Source of the DNA: Nitrospinaceae bacterium
GTDB taxonomy: Bacteria > Nitrospinota > Nitrospinia > Nitrospinales > Nitrospinaceae
Assembly (NCBI GenBank): GCA_965223665.1
Contig: OZ245011.1
Span: 3,744,001 to 3,808,000 of the forward strand
DNA length: 64,000 nt
Direction of reading: 5' to 3'
Shown here: positions 19,801 through 29,511 of the stretch, piece by piece
Numbering within the stretch: the first letter of the stretch is position 1
How the letters are laid out: the number at the start of each line of letters is the position of its first letter
Made by a program: the position numbers and the translations under genes
Notes under the pieces: generated by a model
Database searches by the model: none
Told to the model about the DNA's origin: nothing
Seen by the model: the letters and a program-made list of their open reading frames with translations, nothing else

Positions 19801-20649
19801 TTACCTCGATAAAACTATTTCTACGTTCTCTTCATATTCCGGCCCCACTTGATTCCAAACCTGACTCATAACTGCCGGAGACAAGTCTACTGTTTCAAAA
19901 GCTTCCGCTTCTAATGGAGGGAGATGAGGATCTCCACTTGATCCTAATTCCATGGCCTTGGCAATAATATCAGCCAAATGGACTAAAGCGGTTCCTATTG
20001 GAAACCGTTGTGCTTCCAGTGGCTTATGATGGCAAGAAATGTATTCCTCCAGGCTTAGAGGTAATTTCCATGCTTTGGCCAAACAGGCTCCTACTTCAGT
20101 GTGATCAAAACCTAAAACTTCTTTTTCAATCTTATGAATTAGTCCTTTTTCTTCTTTGTTTCGATAAAATATTTCTTGAGCCTGCTCAGGAAGATTTTCT
20201 AGAATAATTAATCGTCCCACATCATGAAGGATCCCGGCTAAATAAAAACGCTCGGGATTGGGTTCTCTCCGATGAATAGCAAGGTTTCTAGCAATAATTC
20301 CCACTGCGAGGCTGTGTCGCCAGAATTGCTCCATATTTATGTTCTCTTCAGAAATTCCATTAAAAGAGGTAAGAACGGTAGTGGCTAAAGCCAATTCATA
20401 CAATTGCTCTGTGCCAACCAATGAAATGGCATGGGTAATGGTTTCTATTGCCGAAGGAAAATTAAATAAAGAACTGTTTACAATTTTTAAGAGTTTTACG
20501 CTTAAAGCAGTATCTAAACTTATAATTTTAGCTATATCCGAGTAACTGCTATTGGGATCGTGAAGAATATCGTGCATCATTAAAAATGATTCTGGTAACG
20601 AAGAAACTCGGGTCGAACCAGTAATTAAATCCTTGGCTTTACTTTCCAT
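19801..20649 (-). CDS. HDOD domain protein
   Basis: SLP, D.ALS.KLLKIVNS, FWRHS, AGILHDVGR, E..VLGFDH.EVG, W.LP. Confidence 0.92.
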   Translation of the reverse strand: MESKAKDLITGSTRVSSLPESFLMMHDILHDPNSSYSDIAKIISLDTALSVKLLKIVNSSLFNFPSAIETITHAISLVGTEQLYELALATTVLTSFNGISEENINMEQFWRHSLAVGIIARNLAIHRREPNPERFYLAGILHDVGRLIILENLPEQAQEIFYRNKEEKGLIHKIEKEVLGFDHTEVGACLAKAWKLPLSLEEYISCHHKPLEAQRFPIGTALVHLADIIAKAMELGSSGDPHLPPLEAEAFETVDLSPAVMSQVWNQVGPEYEENVEIVLSR

Positions 20650-20998
20650 CTAGGTTTGCTCCGCTAGAAATGTCTTTAATTTTCTTTTGAGTAGATAATT
20701 GTAATAATTCGTTCATTAGTGGGTGTTTGCAATTGGAATGACGAAAAATTTTAGCTACTTCAATCTGTGCTTTTTTTAACAATTGAGGATCCACAGAGTT
20801 TTCCTGTGAATTTTCGGATTCATTCTTTCTTGAAACCCCAATAACAGGGATTTCTAAAATTCCCCATGCTTTAAAAGTTTTGATATCTTTGTCACTAACC
20901 GGGCGACCTTTAGATAGAATGAGTTCGCCAGAAAAATTCCTTATATCTTTGGCAATTACCATGCCGGGTTTAAGTTGATTAGGATTTAGAACCTGCAA
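20639..20998 (-). CDS. Small protein resembling the N-terminal domain of HD-GYP/HDOD proteins
   Basis: LKPGMV.AKDI...G..IL.KG..V...I..F..WGI pattern; overlaps the HDOD gene start. Confidence 0.65.
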   Translation of the reverse strand: MQVLNPNQLKPGMVIAKDIRNFSGELILSKGRPVSDKDIKTFKAWGILEIPVIGVSRKNESENSQENSVDPQLLKKAQIEVAKIFRHSNCKHPLMNELLQLSTQKKIKDISSGANLDGK

Positions 20999-21249
20999 AG
21001 GTCCTCCTGTAGATCAAAGTTAATGTTAAAAATTAACCCCAGCAAGCCTGGTGGTTTGATTCAATTAATTTATGAGATATTTTTATTATCAAGGAAAAAA
21101 TTAATAAGTTCAATAATCTATGGCTTATTTAAGACCCGGCTTAGACAGTAACTATTGGCATTAAATTTATGTTTTGCGATTAAATTCGGAGGAAAAAATA
21201 AATTTGCCAATCAATTGAATTGAATTTTGCCTTCTTGCTTTTCTTAGCC

Positions 21250-21277
21250 TTATCGGAAAATTTGTGGAAAAATTTGA
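21250..21277 (-). promoter_or_regulatory. Candidate sigma28 (FliA) promoter of the HDOD-kinase operon
   Basis: Minus strand TCAAA-N15-TCCGATAA versus consensus TAAA-N15-GCCGATAA. Confidence 0.5.
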
Positions 21278-21439
21278 GAAAAACCATCAAAATAAATAAA
21301 AAAATTTAAGGAAAAATTTTATTTTCTTTATTTGGGAGGTGGAAAAAAGGTTAGCTTGTGGTTAAAGATGGGACCCTTTACAATACCTTTTTCTTAAAAA
21401 CCTTGTTCATGAAAATAAAAAAGATCTAATTTTAAAATT

Positions 21440-22216
21440 ATGTTGTTAGCCGTTGATATTGGAAATACAAACATTGTGTTTGGTTTGTATGTTGAAGAGA
21501 AATTGCGAACCCATTGGCGAATTCGGACCGAAAAAAACCGAACGACTGATGAATATTGGGTTTTGGTTAATGAGTTCATTCGACTAAATGAAATTGGTCC
21601 GGAAACTATTGATGACATAATTATTTCTTGCGTGGTTCCTCCATTAATTCCCGTTTTTGAGGAACTCTCTAAAAAGTATCTAAAAGCTTCCCCTTTAATT
21701 GTAGGGCCAGGAATAAAAACTGGCATTTCAATTTTATATAAAAACCCAGCAGAGGTAGGTGCAGATAGGATCGTTAATGCTGTTGCTGGTTTTGCAAAAT
21801 ATGGGGGGCCTTTGATTATTGTGGATTTTGGAACGGCTACAACTTTTGATGTGGTCTCGGTAAGGGGTGAATATTTAGGTGGTGTTATTTGTCCTGGTTT
21901 GCAAATTTCATTGGAAGCTCTATATAAGGGAACCGCAAAATTATCTCCGGTGGACCTAGTGACCCCAAAACATGTAATAGGGAAATCTACCGTGGAAAGT
22001 ATCCAGTCTGGAGCTATCTTTGGTTCAGTGGGGATGGTTGAAAAAATGATATCTAAAATTCATGAAGAACTGGGACAAAAAGCAAAAGTAATTGGAACAG
22101 GGGGTGTCTTGAAATCCATCATAGACCAAATAGAAATAATTGAAACGATTGACCTGTTTCTAACATTGGAAGGATTAAAAATAATTCGTGATCTGAATCG
22201 ACAAAAACTCAAGTGA
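21440..22216 (+). CDS. coaX: Type III pantothenate kinase
   Basis: LAVDIGNTNI, SCVVP, VGADRIVNA, IVDFGTATT, GGVI.PG, LTLEGL. Confidence 0.96.
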   Translation: MLLAVDIGNTNIVFGLYVEEKLRTHWRIRTEKNRTTDEYWVLVNEFIRLNEIGPETIDDIIISCVVPPLIPVFEELSKKYLKASPLIVGPGIKTGISILYKNPAEVGADRIVNAVAGFAKYGGPLIIVDFGTATTFDVVSVRGEYLGGVICPGLQISLEALYKGTAKLSPVDLVTPKHVIGKSTVESIQSGAIFGSVGMVEKMISKIHEELGQKAKVIGTGGVLKSIIDQIEIIETIDLFLTLEGLKIIRDLNRQKLK

Positions 22217-22224
22217 AACCTTTT

Positions 22225-22315
22225 GTTAAAACCGACTTTCCCAATCGGAGGAGGGGGCTTAGGGATCCGAGGAGAGGAGGAACCTCGGATAAGGATCAGA
22301 AAAGCCGGTCTTAAC
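22225..22315 (-). ncRNA. Candidate structured RNA with CCUCC (anti-SD) loops
   Basis: 15-bp closing stem with two G-U pairs on the minus strand, inner 8-bp hairpin AUCCGAGG/CCUCGGAU with loop UUCCUCCUCU, and a second CCUCCUCC tract; GC-rich island in an AT-rich gap. Confidence 0.5.
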
Positions 22316-22341
22316 CATGTGCAAATATTTTTTTAATCGTA

Positions 22342-22578
22342 TTACCTTGTGGGTTTCATTAAAAATAAACGTACCAGCATGCTATCTTCATCCCGGTTTG
22401 AAACTTTAAATCCATTTGACTCAGCTAAGTTTTGAAATGCTTCTGTAAAATTCTTTTTTTTATCTAAAATTATTTCAAGGATTCCATTTGTTTTGACATC
22501 CTCGATGGCTTTCTTCGTTTCAGAAAAAGCATTAAAAAATGATAACCCTCTGGTGTCCAAAGTCTTAAAAATCTTCAT
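22342..22578 (-). CDS. TusA/SirA-like small protein lacking the catalytic CPxP cysteine
   Basis: TLDTRGL start, G..LEIILD, size and pattern of TusA; has SFFNA where CPxP is expected. Confidence 0.65.
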   Translation of the reverse strand: MKIFKTLDTRGLSFFNAFSETKKAIEDVKTNGILEIILDKKKNFTEAFQNLAESNGFKVSNRDEDSMLVRLFLMKPTR

Positions 22579-22898
22579 GATTTATTTCTCCCTTGACCAA
22601 CTGAAGTGATAAACCGACAATCAAAACCCAATTTCAACTTATTACCCTTATACAATTTGGAGATTAAATCCGGGTTAAAGGTTTATTAATTTTTTTTAAT
22701 ATATTTGGAAGATTTTAACCTATTGAATAAAAAGGGGTAAAATTGGCCGAAAATCTCTTTAAGTCAGTTGATTAAAGCTCAAGTAAGGGGGGTAAATATT
22801 ACATTGTGGTATGATTTGGAAAACTATTTTTATTATTGATACAATAATTTCTTTGGTTTAATAGTAGAAATTTTAATTTTTGGAAAGGGACTGAGACG

Positions 22899-23831
22899 AT
22901 GGCCATTTCTCGGGACGGAAATACTCAATATGAGTCTCCAGAGTTATCTTTTGAAGAAAAATCAGAGAAGTTAAGATTGGAGATTGAAAAACTTTTGGAG
23001 AAAGATAGTTCCAGTTTAGTGCTCCGCGGAAAATATTTTTCAACGGATGAGATGACGATTCTCTCCCAATTCGAACCCGTCCAGTCAATAAGATCTTTAG
23101 ATATAAGTGATAACCAAATTGGTAATGAAGGTCTTAAAATTATATTTGAGTCGAAAAATTTTGAAAATTTAGAAGAACTTAATCTTTCTATAAATTTTAT
23201 TACCAAAGATGGGATTGTAGAAATTTCTGAGTCAGAAGAAGTTAAAATAAAGCGCCTTAAAGTTTTACACCTGGAAGATAATAAATTAATTGACGAAGCG
23301 GCGATAGCACTGGTGAATTCATCAAATTTTTGTCATTTAGAAACTCTAAATATTGGATGGAATGAGGTGGGTAATGAGACCGTAATAGCCCTTGGAAAAA
23401 GTAATTCGATGAAAAACCTTAAATCTTTGGATTTAGAAAGAAATTATGTGGATCAAGAGGGTGTTAAAGGGTTGTGCGAAGGGGGGGCGTTGGAAAATTT
23501 AGAAAATTTAAACCTGTCCTCTAATAAATTAGGTGACCCTGGGGCAATTGCTTTAGCCAGTGGGAAGCCTCTACCCAATTTGAAATATTTATGGCTCACG
23601 AATAACTCCATTGGAGATGAGGGTGCAAAAATGATTGGAGAATCGAATAACTTTTCGATCCTTGAGAAACTGTATATCGGCCGAAACTACTTCCAGGAAC
23701 CTGGTGGAGATGCTCTATACAATACAAAGACTATGCCAAACCTAAAAACTTTAGTCCTGAGAGAAGGGGTTGAGTCGACCCCGGGTTACGTAAATTATTC
23801 TCGTCCTGAATTATTGCGTCCGGGCCATTAA
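22899..23831 (+). CDS. Leucine-rich repeat protein (ribonuclease-inhibitor-like 28-aa repeats)
   Basis: Repeated L..L.L..N.IG.EG...L units with ~28-aa period. Confidence 0.88.
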   Translation: MAISRDGNTQYESPELSFEEKSEKLRLEIEKLLEKDSSSLVLRGKYFSTDEMTILSQFEPVQSIRSLDISDNQIGNEGLKIIFESKNFENLEELNLSINFITKDGIVEISESEEVKIKRLKVLHLEDNKLIDEAAIALVNSSNFCHLETLNIGWNEVGNETVIALGKSNSMKNLKSLDLERNYVDQEGVKGLCEGGALENLENLNLSSNKLGDPGAIALASGKPLPNLKYLWLTNNSIGDEGAKMIGESNNFSILEKLYIGRNYFQEPGGDALYNTKTMPNLKTLVLREGVESTPGYVNYSRPELLRPGH

Positions 23832-23867
23832 TTGGGATTGAATAAGAATATATTTCTAAACCTTATT

Positions 23868-24542
23868 TTAAAAAACTTTTAGCTTTTCCAATTTAGTAAG
23901 TTTAGAAGAATTACGAAGTGCCTGTTTGGCATCTTCACTTTTGACCCGATTTCCTCCCAAGTGAAGATAAGTAAGGTTTGATAAGTTATCCGAATTTGCT
24001 ATCGCTAATGCGCCTTCATCACCCAATCTATTATCCACTAAACTTAATGAAGTAACTTTTGTAAGCAAGTTTGAAGAGGCTAAAAATTTACCTCCCTCGG
24101 GTCCAATACCATTGCACTCTAAATTAAGGGTTTCTACATTTTTAAATTTGGGGCACTCAGCAATAATTTTAACTCCCTCATCCCCCAAGTCATTGGAACC
24201 TAAATGTAAGTAATCTATATGGCCTAAATAGGGGGAATCTACCAGAATTTTCAAGGCCTCAGCTGTCAAACGATTGTGAGTTATGATTAAACTTGTGACA
24301 GTTTGAATGGGTTCCAGATCAGCAACCAGCTTTGCCAACTCAATTGGATGGTCGTCATTCTCGGCGTTATGACCAGTTTTTGCAAAGATATAACTATCCT
24401 GGATTTTTAATATTTTTTTTTCCTTAATGCACTCAAAAATAACTTTTTGTACGGGGGTAAAATTAGCACCTTCATCGCCATAGTTTTCACCATCATTTAT
24501 AAGTTGTTCCCAGTTCTTAATTTTATTTGGCGGCTTGGACAT
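23868..24542 (-). CDS. Leucine-rich repeat protein
   Basis: YLHLGSNDLGDEG, TLNLECNGIGPEG, SLSLVDNRLGDEG. Confidence 0.88.
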   Translation of the reverse strand: MSKPPNKIKNWEQLINDGENYGDEGANFTPVQKVIFECIKEKKILKIQDSYIFAKTGHNAENDDHPIELAKLVADLEPIQTVTSLIITHNRLTAEALKILVDSPYLGHIDYLHLGSNDLGDEGVKIIAECPKFKNVETLNLECNGIGPEGGKFLASSNLLTKVTSLSLVDNRLGDEGALAIANSDNLSNLTYLHLGGNRVKSEDAKQALRNSSKLTKLEKLKVF

Positions 24543-24555
24543 GGATTAAAAAAAA

Positions 24556-25020
24556 TTATTTATTGAGCCATTTTACATTGTCACAACCTACAATATTTCC
24601 CATATCACAGGCTTTTTGAAAGTACTTTTTGGCTTTACTCGCACGGCCTTCTTTATATTTTAAAGCCCCTTGATTAAAGCAAGCAGCATCTTCCCCTGCG
24701 TTGCAGGCTTTTTCAAACATTTTTGAGGCCTCTTTCCACTGAGGGCTATATTGTTTTCCTGAATTTTGGATCAGCGCACCACCAAAATTACATGCAGTCA
24801 TGTGATCTAAATCACAACTTTTCTTAAAATAAGCAGTGGCTTTTTTCTTATCTTTATCCAAAGATAAAGCTTTTTGGCCTAGTTTGAAACAAGCTACAGA
24901 ATTATTATCTTTACAAAGTTGTTCCATCTTCTCGTCAGTTGTGAGAGAGAAAGCAGGTGATAAATTTTGTATTAAAAGTAATGAGCAAATTAGGGAAATC
25001 CTAAGGATTTTATTAATCAC
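24556..25020 (-). CDS. Secreted Sel1-like repeat, cysteine-rich (Hcp-type) protein
   Basis: Signal peptide; repeated KAC......AC..LG disulfide-type SLR units. Confidence 0.85.
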   Translation of the reverse strand: MINKILRISLICSLLLIQNLSPAFSLTTDEKMEQLCKDNNSVACFKLGQKALSLDKDKKKATAYFKKSCDLDHMTACNFGGALIQNSGKQYSPQWKEASKMFEKACNAGEDAACFNQGALKYKEGRASKAKKYFQKACDMGNIVGCDNVKWLNK

Positions 25021-25238
25021 GATTAGGCCCTTTCAATTGGGTCGCCAGACTTAAGCGACGGGTTAATGTCCCCAGATTCTACCATAACTAAACGCGGGCT
25101 TACTTTTTTTTAAAAGAAGATAAGTAATAAAACAATCGTATTGAAAAGGACGCTTTCGTTTGCAACTCACACCAAAATATTCTAACCTTTCCTAACTCCA
25201 TTAATTTGAATAAGTTGAATTTAGCTTAAGTCTTACAA

Positions 25239-25760
25239 ATGAACATAGTTTTAATAGGTTACCGCGGTTCAGGCAAAAGTGTGGTGGGAAGATTGTTGTC
25301 CCAACGTTTGGGATGCTCCTTATTTAGCGTGGATAGAATGATTGTAGAATCTGTTGGAATGCCTATCCCAAAATTTGTAAAGAGTCAGGGATGGCCAGAG
25401 TTTCGAAAAATAGAATCCAAATTAGTTCAAAAAATATGTCGGGAAGAAAATGATATTGTCATTGACTGTGGCGGTGGGGTGGTTCTGGATAATCGAAATG
25501 TTGAATTGCTTAAGCAAAAAGGTAAGATGGTTTTATTGAAGGCTAGTTTTTCAACGATTCTTAAAAGGATTCAAAAAGATTCAAACCGTCCGCCTTTAAC
25601 AAATGGTTTGTCTTTTGAAGATGAACAAAAAAAGATAATTGAAGAGCGAGAGGAAAAGTATTTGCAGGCAGCCGATTTTGTTTGTGATACCACCCATAAA
25701 CGACCCCATGAAACGGTTCAAGAGATAATAGGATATTTTAAAAGAAATAATTGGATTTAA
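25239..25760 (+). CDS. aroK: Shikimate kinase
   Basis: NIVLIGYRGSGKS Walker A, GW..FR..E, CGGGVV, RPPL. Confidence 0.95.
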   Translation: MNIVLIGYRGSGKSVVGRLLSQRLGCSLFSVDRMIVESVGMPIPKFVKSQGWPEFRKIESKLVQKICREENDIVIDCGGGVVLDNRNVELLKQKGKMVLLKASFSTILKRIQKDSNRPPLTNGLSFEDEQKKIIEEREEKYLQAADFVCDTTHKRPHETVQEIIGYFKRNNWI

Positions 25761-25761
25761 A

Positions 25762-26565
25762 ATGGAAAGTTCTTTGTTTGAAAGTTTGGTTCGGAACAGC
25801 ATGACCCTTATAACGGATATAGACGAAAGCGAATCTATGGTAATCCATGAGGGAAAAATGTTTGCCGATGCGGAAACCAGTGAAAACCCTACTTTTCTAT
25901 TAGACTTAAATGATAAAGAAGTTATCCTCGAAGAACTTGAGGAATTAATCCGCTACCCAAGATTGCGGTTAGTAAAAATATTAAAGTTGGATGAGAATAG
26001 TTTTGGAGATGAGGGTGTAGAATTGCTAAGCCAATGTGAATCGTTAGGAAAATTAACCTGGCTTTCTTTAGCTCATAACAACTTAACTTTTAAATCAGCT
26101 CAAGCAATTGCAAACTCAAAAGTTTTTACAAATCTGCAAACCTTGTTTTTGCAATTCAACAAATTTGGCCCTGACGCTTTACAGTCTATTGCAGATTCAG
26201 AAATGCTAAAGAAATTAAAAGTTTTATATTTAAAGGGTAACCCCATTGGTCCTGAGGGAGCGATTAATTTAGCGAGCTCCAAACATCTACGAAACCTTAA
26301 AGAACTTTACTTGGATCGTGGAGGTATAAAGAACTCGGGTTTAGAGGCCTTGTGTCAATCAGAAATAATGTTGAGTGTTGAAAAGTTGATGCTTCCCTTT
26401 AACAACTTAGATGACAGCGCCATTGACTTGATTGCGCAAAGTGAATTCCTGCCGAATTTAAGGACCATTGATTTATGTGGAAATCCCTTAAATCAAGAGA
26501 GGGCTCAACAATTAAAATCAGCACCCAAATTAAAAAACTTTAAATTTTTGCAAACCGATTGGTGA
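25762..26565 (+). CDS. Leucine-rich repeat protein
   Basis: LKLDENSFGDEG, LYLKGNPIGPEG and further 28-aa LRRs; starts 1 nt after aroK. Confidence 0.85.
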   Translation: MESSLFESLVRNSMTLITDIDESESMVIHEGKMFADAETSENPTFLLDLNDKEVILEELEELIRYPRLRLVKILKLDENSFGDEGVELLSQCESLGKLTWLSLAHNNLTFKSAQAIANSKVFTNLQTLFLQFNKFGPDALQSIADSEMLKKLKVLYLKGNPIGPEGAINLASSKHLRNLKELYLDRGGIKNSGLEALCQSEIMLSVEKLMLPFNNLDDSAIDLIAQSEFLPNLRTIDLCGNPLNQERAQQLKSAPKLKNFKFLQTDW

Positions 26566-26576
26566 GTATTTTTTCC

Positions 26577-27212
26577 ATGGCCCGCTTGGATATCTTGCCT
26601 TCTTACAATGAAATAATAAGGCACTTCAAAAAAAATGATCCTAATATGGCTCGCGTAATAAAAGAAATCGGCGAGTGCAAACTAAAAAGAAATAAAAATT
26701 ATTTCGTGGTTCTTTGTAAATCTATAGTTTCTCAGCAAATTTCCACTAAAGCAGCTGATACAATATTTGACCGGTTTAAATGTTTATTTGAGAAAAAACG
26801 ACCAAGACCTCACCTTGTAAGAAATTTATCTTTGGAAACAATGCAAAAGGTTGGCCTTTCCCGACAAAAAATTTCTTACCTAAAAGACTTGGGTGAAAAA
26901 TTTTTGGAAAATAGGATCCGGCCAAATAAGCTTTCCTATTTATCCAATGAAGAGGTTATCCAATGCTTAACCCAAGTCCATGGAATTGGACGATGGACAG
27001 CCGAAATGTTTTTGATATTTTCACTAAATAGATTGGATGTTTTACCTGTTGACGATTTGGGATTAAAAATTGCCGTGAAAAATATATATGGTCTCCAAAA
27101 AAATCCAGATGCAAAAAAATTAAAAAATATTGCAAAACCATGGCAACCTTTTGAAACACTAGGAACTTGGTATGCATGGCGTTCCTTAAATGCGCAAATT
27201 GTAAATTATTGA
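26577..27212 (+). CDS. alkA: DNA-3-methyladenine glycosylase II (AlkA/HhH-GPD family)
   Basis: SIVSQQIS..AA, GLSRQK, GIGRWTAEMFLIF.L.R.DVLP.DDLG. Confidence 0.9.
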   Translation: MARLDILPSYNEIIRHFKKNDPNMARVIKEIGECKLKRNKNYFVVLCKSIVSQQISTKAADTIFDRFKCLFEKKRPRPHLVRNLSLETMQKVGLSRQKISYLKDLGEKFLENRIRPNKLSYLSNEEVIQCLTQVHGIGRWTAEMFLIFSLNRLDVLPVDDLGLKIAVKNIYGLQKNPDAKKLKNIAKPWQPFETLGTWYAWRSLNAQIVNY

Positions 27213-27226
27213 TCGAGGACATTTTC

Positions 27227-27859
27227 ATGAATTTTATTGATGCAAAAATTGAACAGTATGCTGTGGATCACACAGAGTCCGAAAATGAATTGTTGGAACG
27301 TCTAAAAAAAGAAACTCAAGAAACTTTGGAAATTCCTCAAATGTTGACTGGGCGACTTGAGGGTCGGTTTTTAAATTTTTTGGGAAAATTAGTAAATGCC
27401 AAAAGGATTTTAGAGGTGGGTACTTTTAGTGGTTATGGCACTTTGTCTATGGCTGAGGCTTTGCCAGAGAACGGAAGAATTTTTACATGTGAAATGGATC
27501 CAGAAGCTATTGCTGTTGCAAAAAAATATTTTTCTCAAAGTGAACATGGCAATAAAGTAACTTTGCTAGAAGGGGATGCCATGGAGAGTATAAAAAAATT
27601 GGAGGGTCCCTTTGATATGTCTTTCATTGACGCGGATAAGGTTAACTATTTAAATTATTATAATTTGATTCTTCCTATTACCCGTGCCGGAGGTTTGATA
27701 GTAGTCGATAATGTGTTATGGGGAGGTGCCGTGCTTAACCCAAAAGATGAATCAGATCATGCTATTCATCATTTTAATGAAACAGTTTGTAGTGATGACC
27801 GAGTGGAAGGGGTCTTGCTCCCCATCCGTGATGGGGTGTTTTGCCTTAGAAAAAAGTAA
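27227..27859 (+). CDS. O-methyltransferase (caffeoyl-CoA OMT family)
   Basis: ILEVGTFSGY, FIDADK.NY, GGLIVVDNVLW.G; start at MNFID with GAGGA RBS. Confidence 0.92.
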   Translation: MNFIDAKIEQYAVDHTESENELLERLKKETQETLEIPQMLTGRLEGRFLNFLGKLVNAKRILEVGTFSGYGTLSMAEALPENGRIFTCEMDPEAIAVAKKYFSQSEHGNKVTLLEGDAMESIKKLEGPFDMSFIDADKVNYLNYYNLILPITRAGGLIVVDNVLWGGAVLNPKDESDHAIHHFNETVCSDDRVEGVLLPIRDGVFCLRKK

Positions 27860-27867
27860 CCCAGGAA

Positions 27868-28710
27868 TTAAAGATATCGATCCAGCAAATCTTTCCTCTT
27901 TTTTTGATATTCCTCTTCATCAATTAACTGATTCTGATAGAGTTGTTTAAGAAAACGAAGCTTTTCCTCAAGTTTGGGATCAATCGTTGGATTCGAAGAT
28001 GGTGTCTCAGAATCCTTAACCGAAGGAGCCATCTTGGTTGAATTAGATTCACTCGGCCTTGGTGATGTGGATCGTTTTTTAATTACACGATATCTTTTTT
28101 TGATGGGACCTAATCTCGATACAATCCAATTCGTTTCTTGCTTCGCCCCTAAAAGCTTACTAGAGGTGTGATACCTTTGTCCCTTTTTAGGAACCAAACG
28201 CCAGGCAGTTCCATAACGGGCAATCCGATTACGGGTTAATGAATACTTTACTCCGCGAATTTCTTGAAATCGCCAATTAAGATTTCCGTTAGAGGCAAAC
28301 AAAATTCCAACAGTATTACCCTCATCAGAGTTGACGTCAAAGGTTATAATATTTTCTTTACGAGCGCTATTAAGAGCTTTAGTCAATAATCGCTTCATAA
28401 GTAGCATATCTTTTTTGGTGAAAATCCGGCCTTCTTCACCTAACAAGGCATAATTTTCGTAGTAAAGACGAGCCATTTGCCGTAGGAGCTGATTTTCAGA
28501 AATTTTAAAAGGATGCTGCAATTCTAACTCAGAGACTTCCGGACCTCCATCCGCTTTGTTGGTATAGCCTAACTTAAAGTCTTCAACCTCTAAAGTCTTT
28601 TCACCTGTTCGCTTGCCCCCGCAGCCGGAAAAGTTGAAACTAATAAAACAAATTAACAAAACCAAAAAGCCGATATTTTTTCTAAAATGCATAGAGCCTC
28701 TTACTTTCAT
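27868..28710 (-). CDS. Lipoprotein with C-terminal SHOCT domain
   Basis: Lipobox FSGC; C-terminal EEKLRFLKQLY...LIDEEEYQKKRKDLL. Confidence 0.8.
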   Translation of the reverse strand: MKVRGSMHFRKNIGFLVLLICFISFNFSGCGGKRTGEKTLEVEDFKLGYTNKADGGPEVSELELQHPFKISENQLLRQMARLYYENYALLGEEGRIFTKKDMLLMKRLLTKALNSARKENIITFDVNSDEGNTVGILFASNGNLNWRFQEIRGVKYSLTRNRIARYGTAWRLVPKKGQRYHTSSKLLGAKQETNWIVSRLGPIKKRYRVIKKRSTSPRPSESNSTKMAPSVKDSETPSSNPTIDPKLEEKLRFLKQLYQNQLIDEEEYQKKRKDLLDRYL

Positions 28711-28726
28711 AATAATTTTTTTACTC

Positions 28727-29293
28727 TTACCATTTCATGGCGACCAAAGAGGAAAAGGCAGTTTGCTCCTCTGGATCATCAACCTCTCGATAATTTAGAA
28801 TATGCAGATCAATGAATCCTTTAATTAATTCATTATGATCCAAAACCCAATCTCTCTTAAAATTGCTGTATTTAAGATAATCTATATTAAAAGTTTCGAA
28901 AAGTAGTAATCCGCCTGATTTTAACCCTCTCCGGATTTTGGGAAAAAGGTCTCTGTTTAAAAAGTAAAAACACATGATGAGATCAAATTCGTTTTCGGGA
29001 AGAGAATAACCATCTAAATCTGCAACCTTGGTTTGGATGGATATTCCTTTTTCCTTAGCCAGATTCTCTGCACGTCCTATTCCCACATCGGATATGTCAA
29101 TTCCTAAAACTCTATAACCTAAAGAGGCAGCAAACAATGCATTTCGTCCTTCCCCCATGGCAATATCTAATGCATTACCTTTTCCTGTTAATAAATGTTT
29201 ATTGTTTTTTAGCCAGGAACAGGGTTCTATATTGACAGGGCAATCCTTTGCGGCATACTTGCTATTCCATTTTGATTTGTCTTTCAGGGTCAT
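28727..29293 (-). CDS. Class I SAM-dependent methyltransferase (TehB-like)
   Basis: ALDIAMGEGRNA, GIDIS, FDLI..FYFL.R, LK.GG. Confidence 0.88.
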   Translation of the reverse strand: MTLKDKSKWNSKYAAKDCPVNIEPCSWLKNNKHLLTGKGNALDIAMGEGRNALFAASLGYRVLGIDISDVGIGRAENLAKEKGISIQTKVADLDGYSLPENEFDLIMCFYFLNRDLFPKIRRGLKSGGLLLFETFNIDYLKYSNFKRDWVLDHNELIKGFIDLHILNYREVDDPEEQTAFSSLVAMKW

Positions 29294-29511
29294 TTAAGAG
29301 AATTTTTTTATGAATTGAGGTTTTCTTATACCATTTGGTCTTTGTTTTTGGCAAAATTAAAACTTGGATTTTAATGAGTTGGGAAGCAAAAAGTCATTAA
29401 TTTCATCCATTGACTAATGGATATGTTTAGATTATTATAACCGTTTGCAATTTTCCTAAAGAAAAATTTCCCAAAATAAGATATAAGACCATTAATTCGG
29501 GAGTTAAATTG

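Noticed and set aside
22728-22753. TAAA-N14-GCCGAAAA sigma28-like element before the LRR gene
   Set aside because: Spacing is one short and the -10 is imperfect in AT-rich DNA; too weak to call
25041-25059. GTCGC/GCGAC hairpin in the leader of the Sel1 gene
   Set aside because: Only a 5-bp stem and no recognisable riboswitch features
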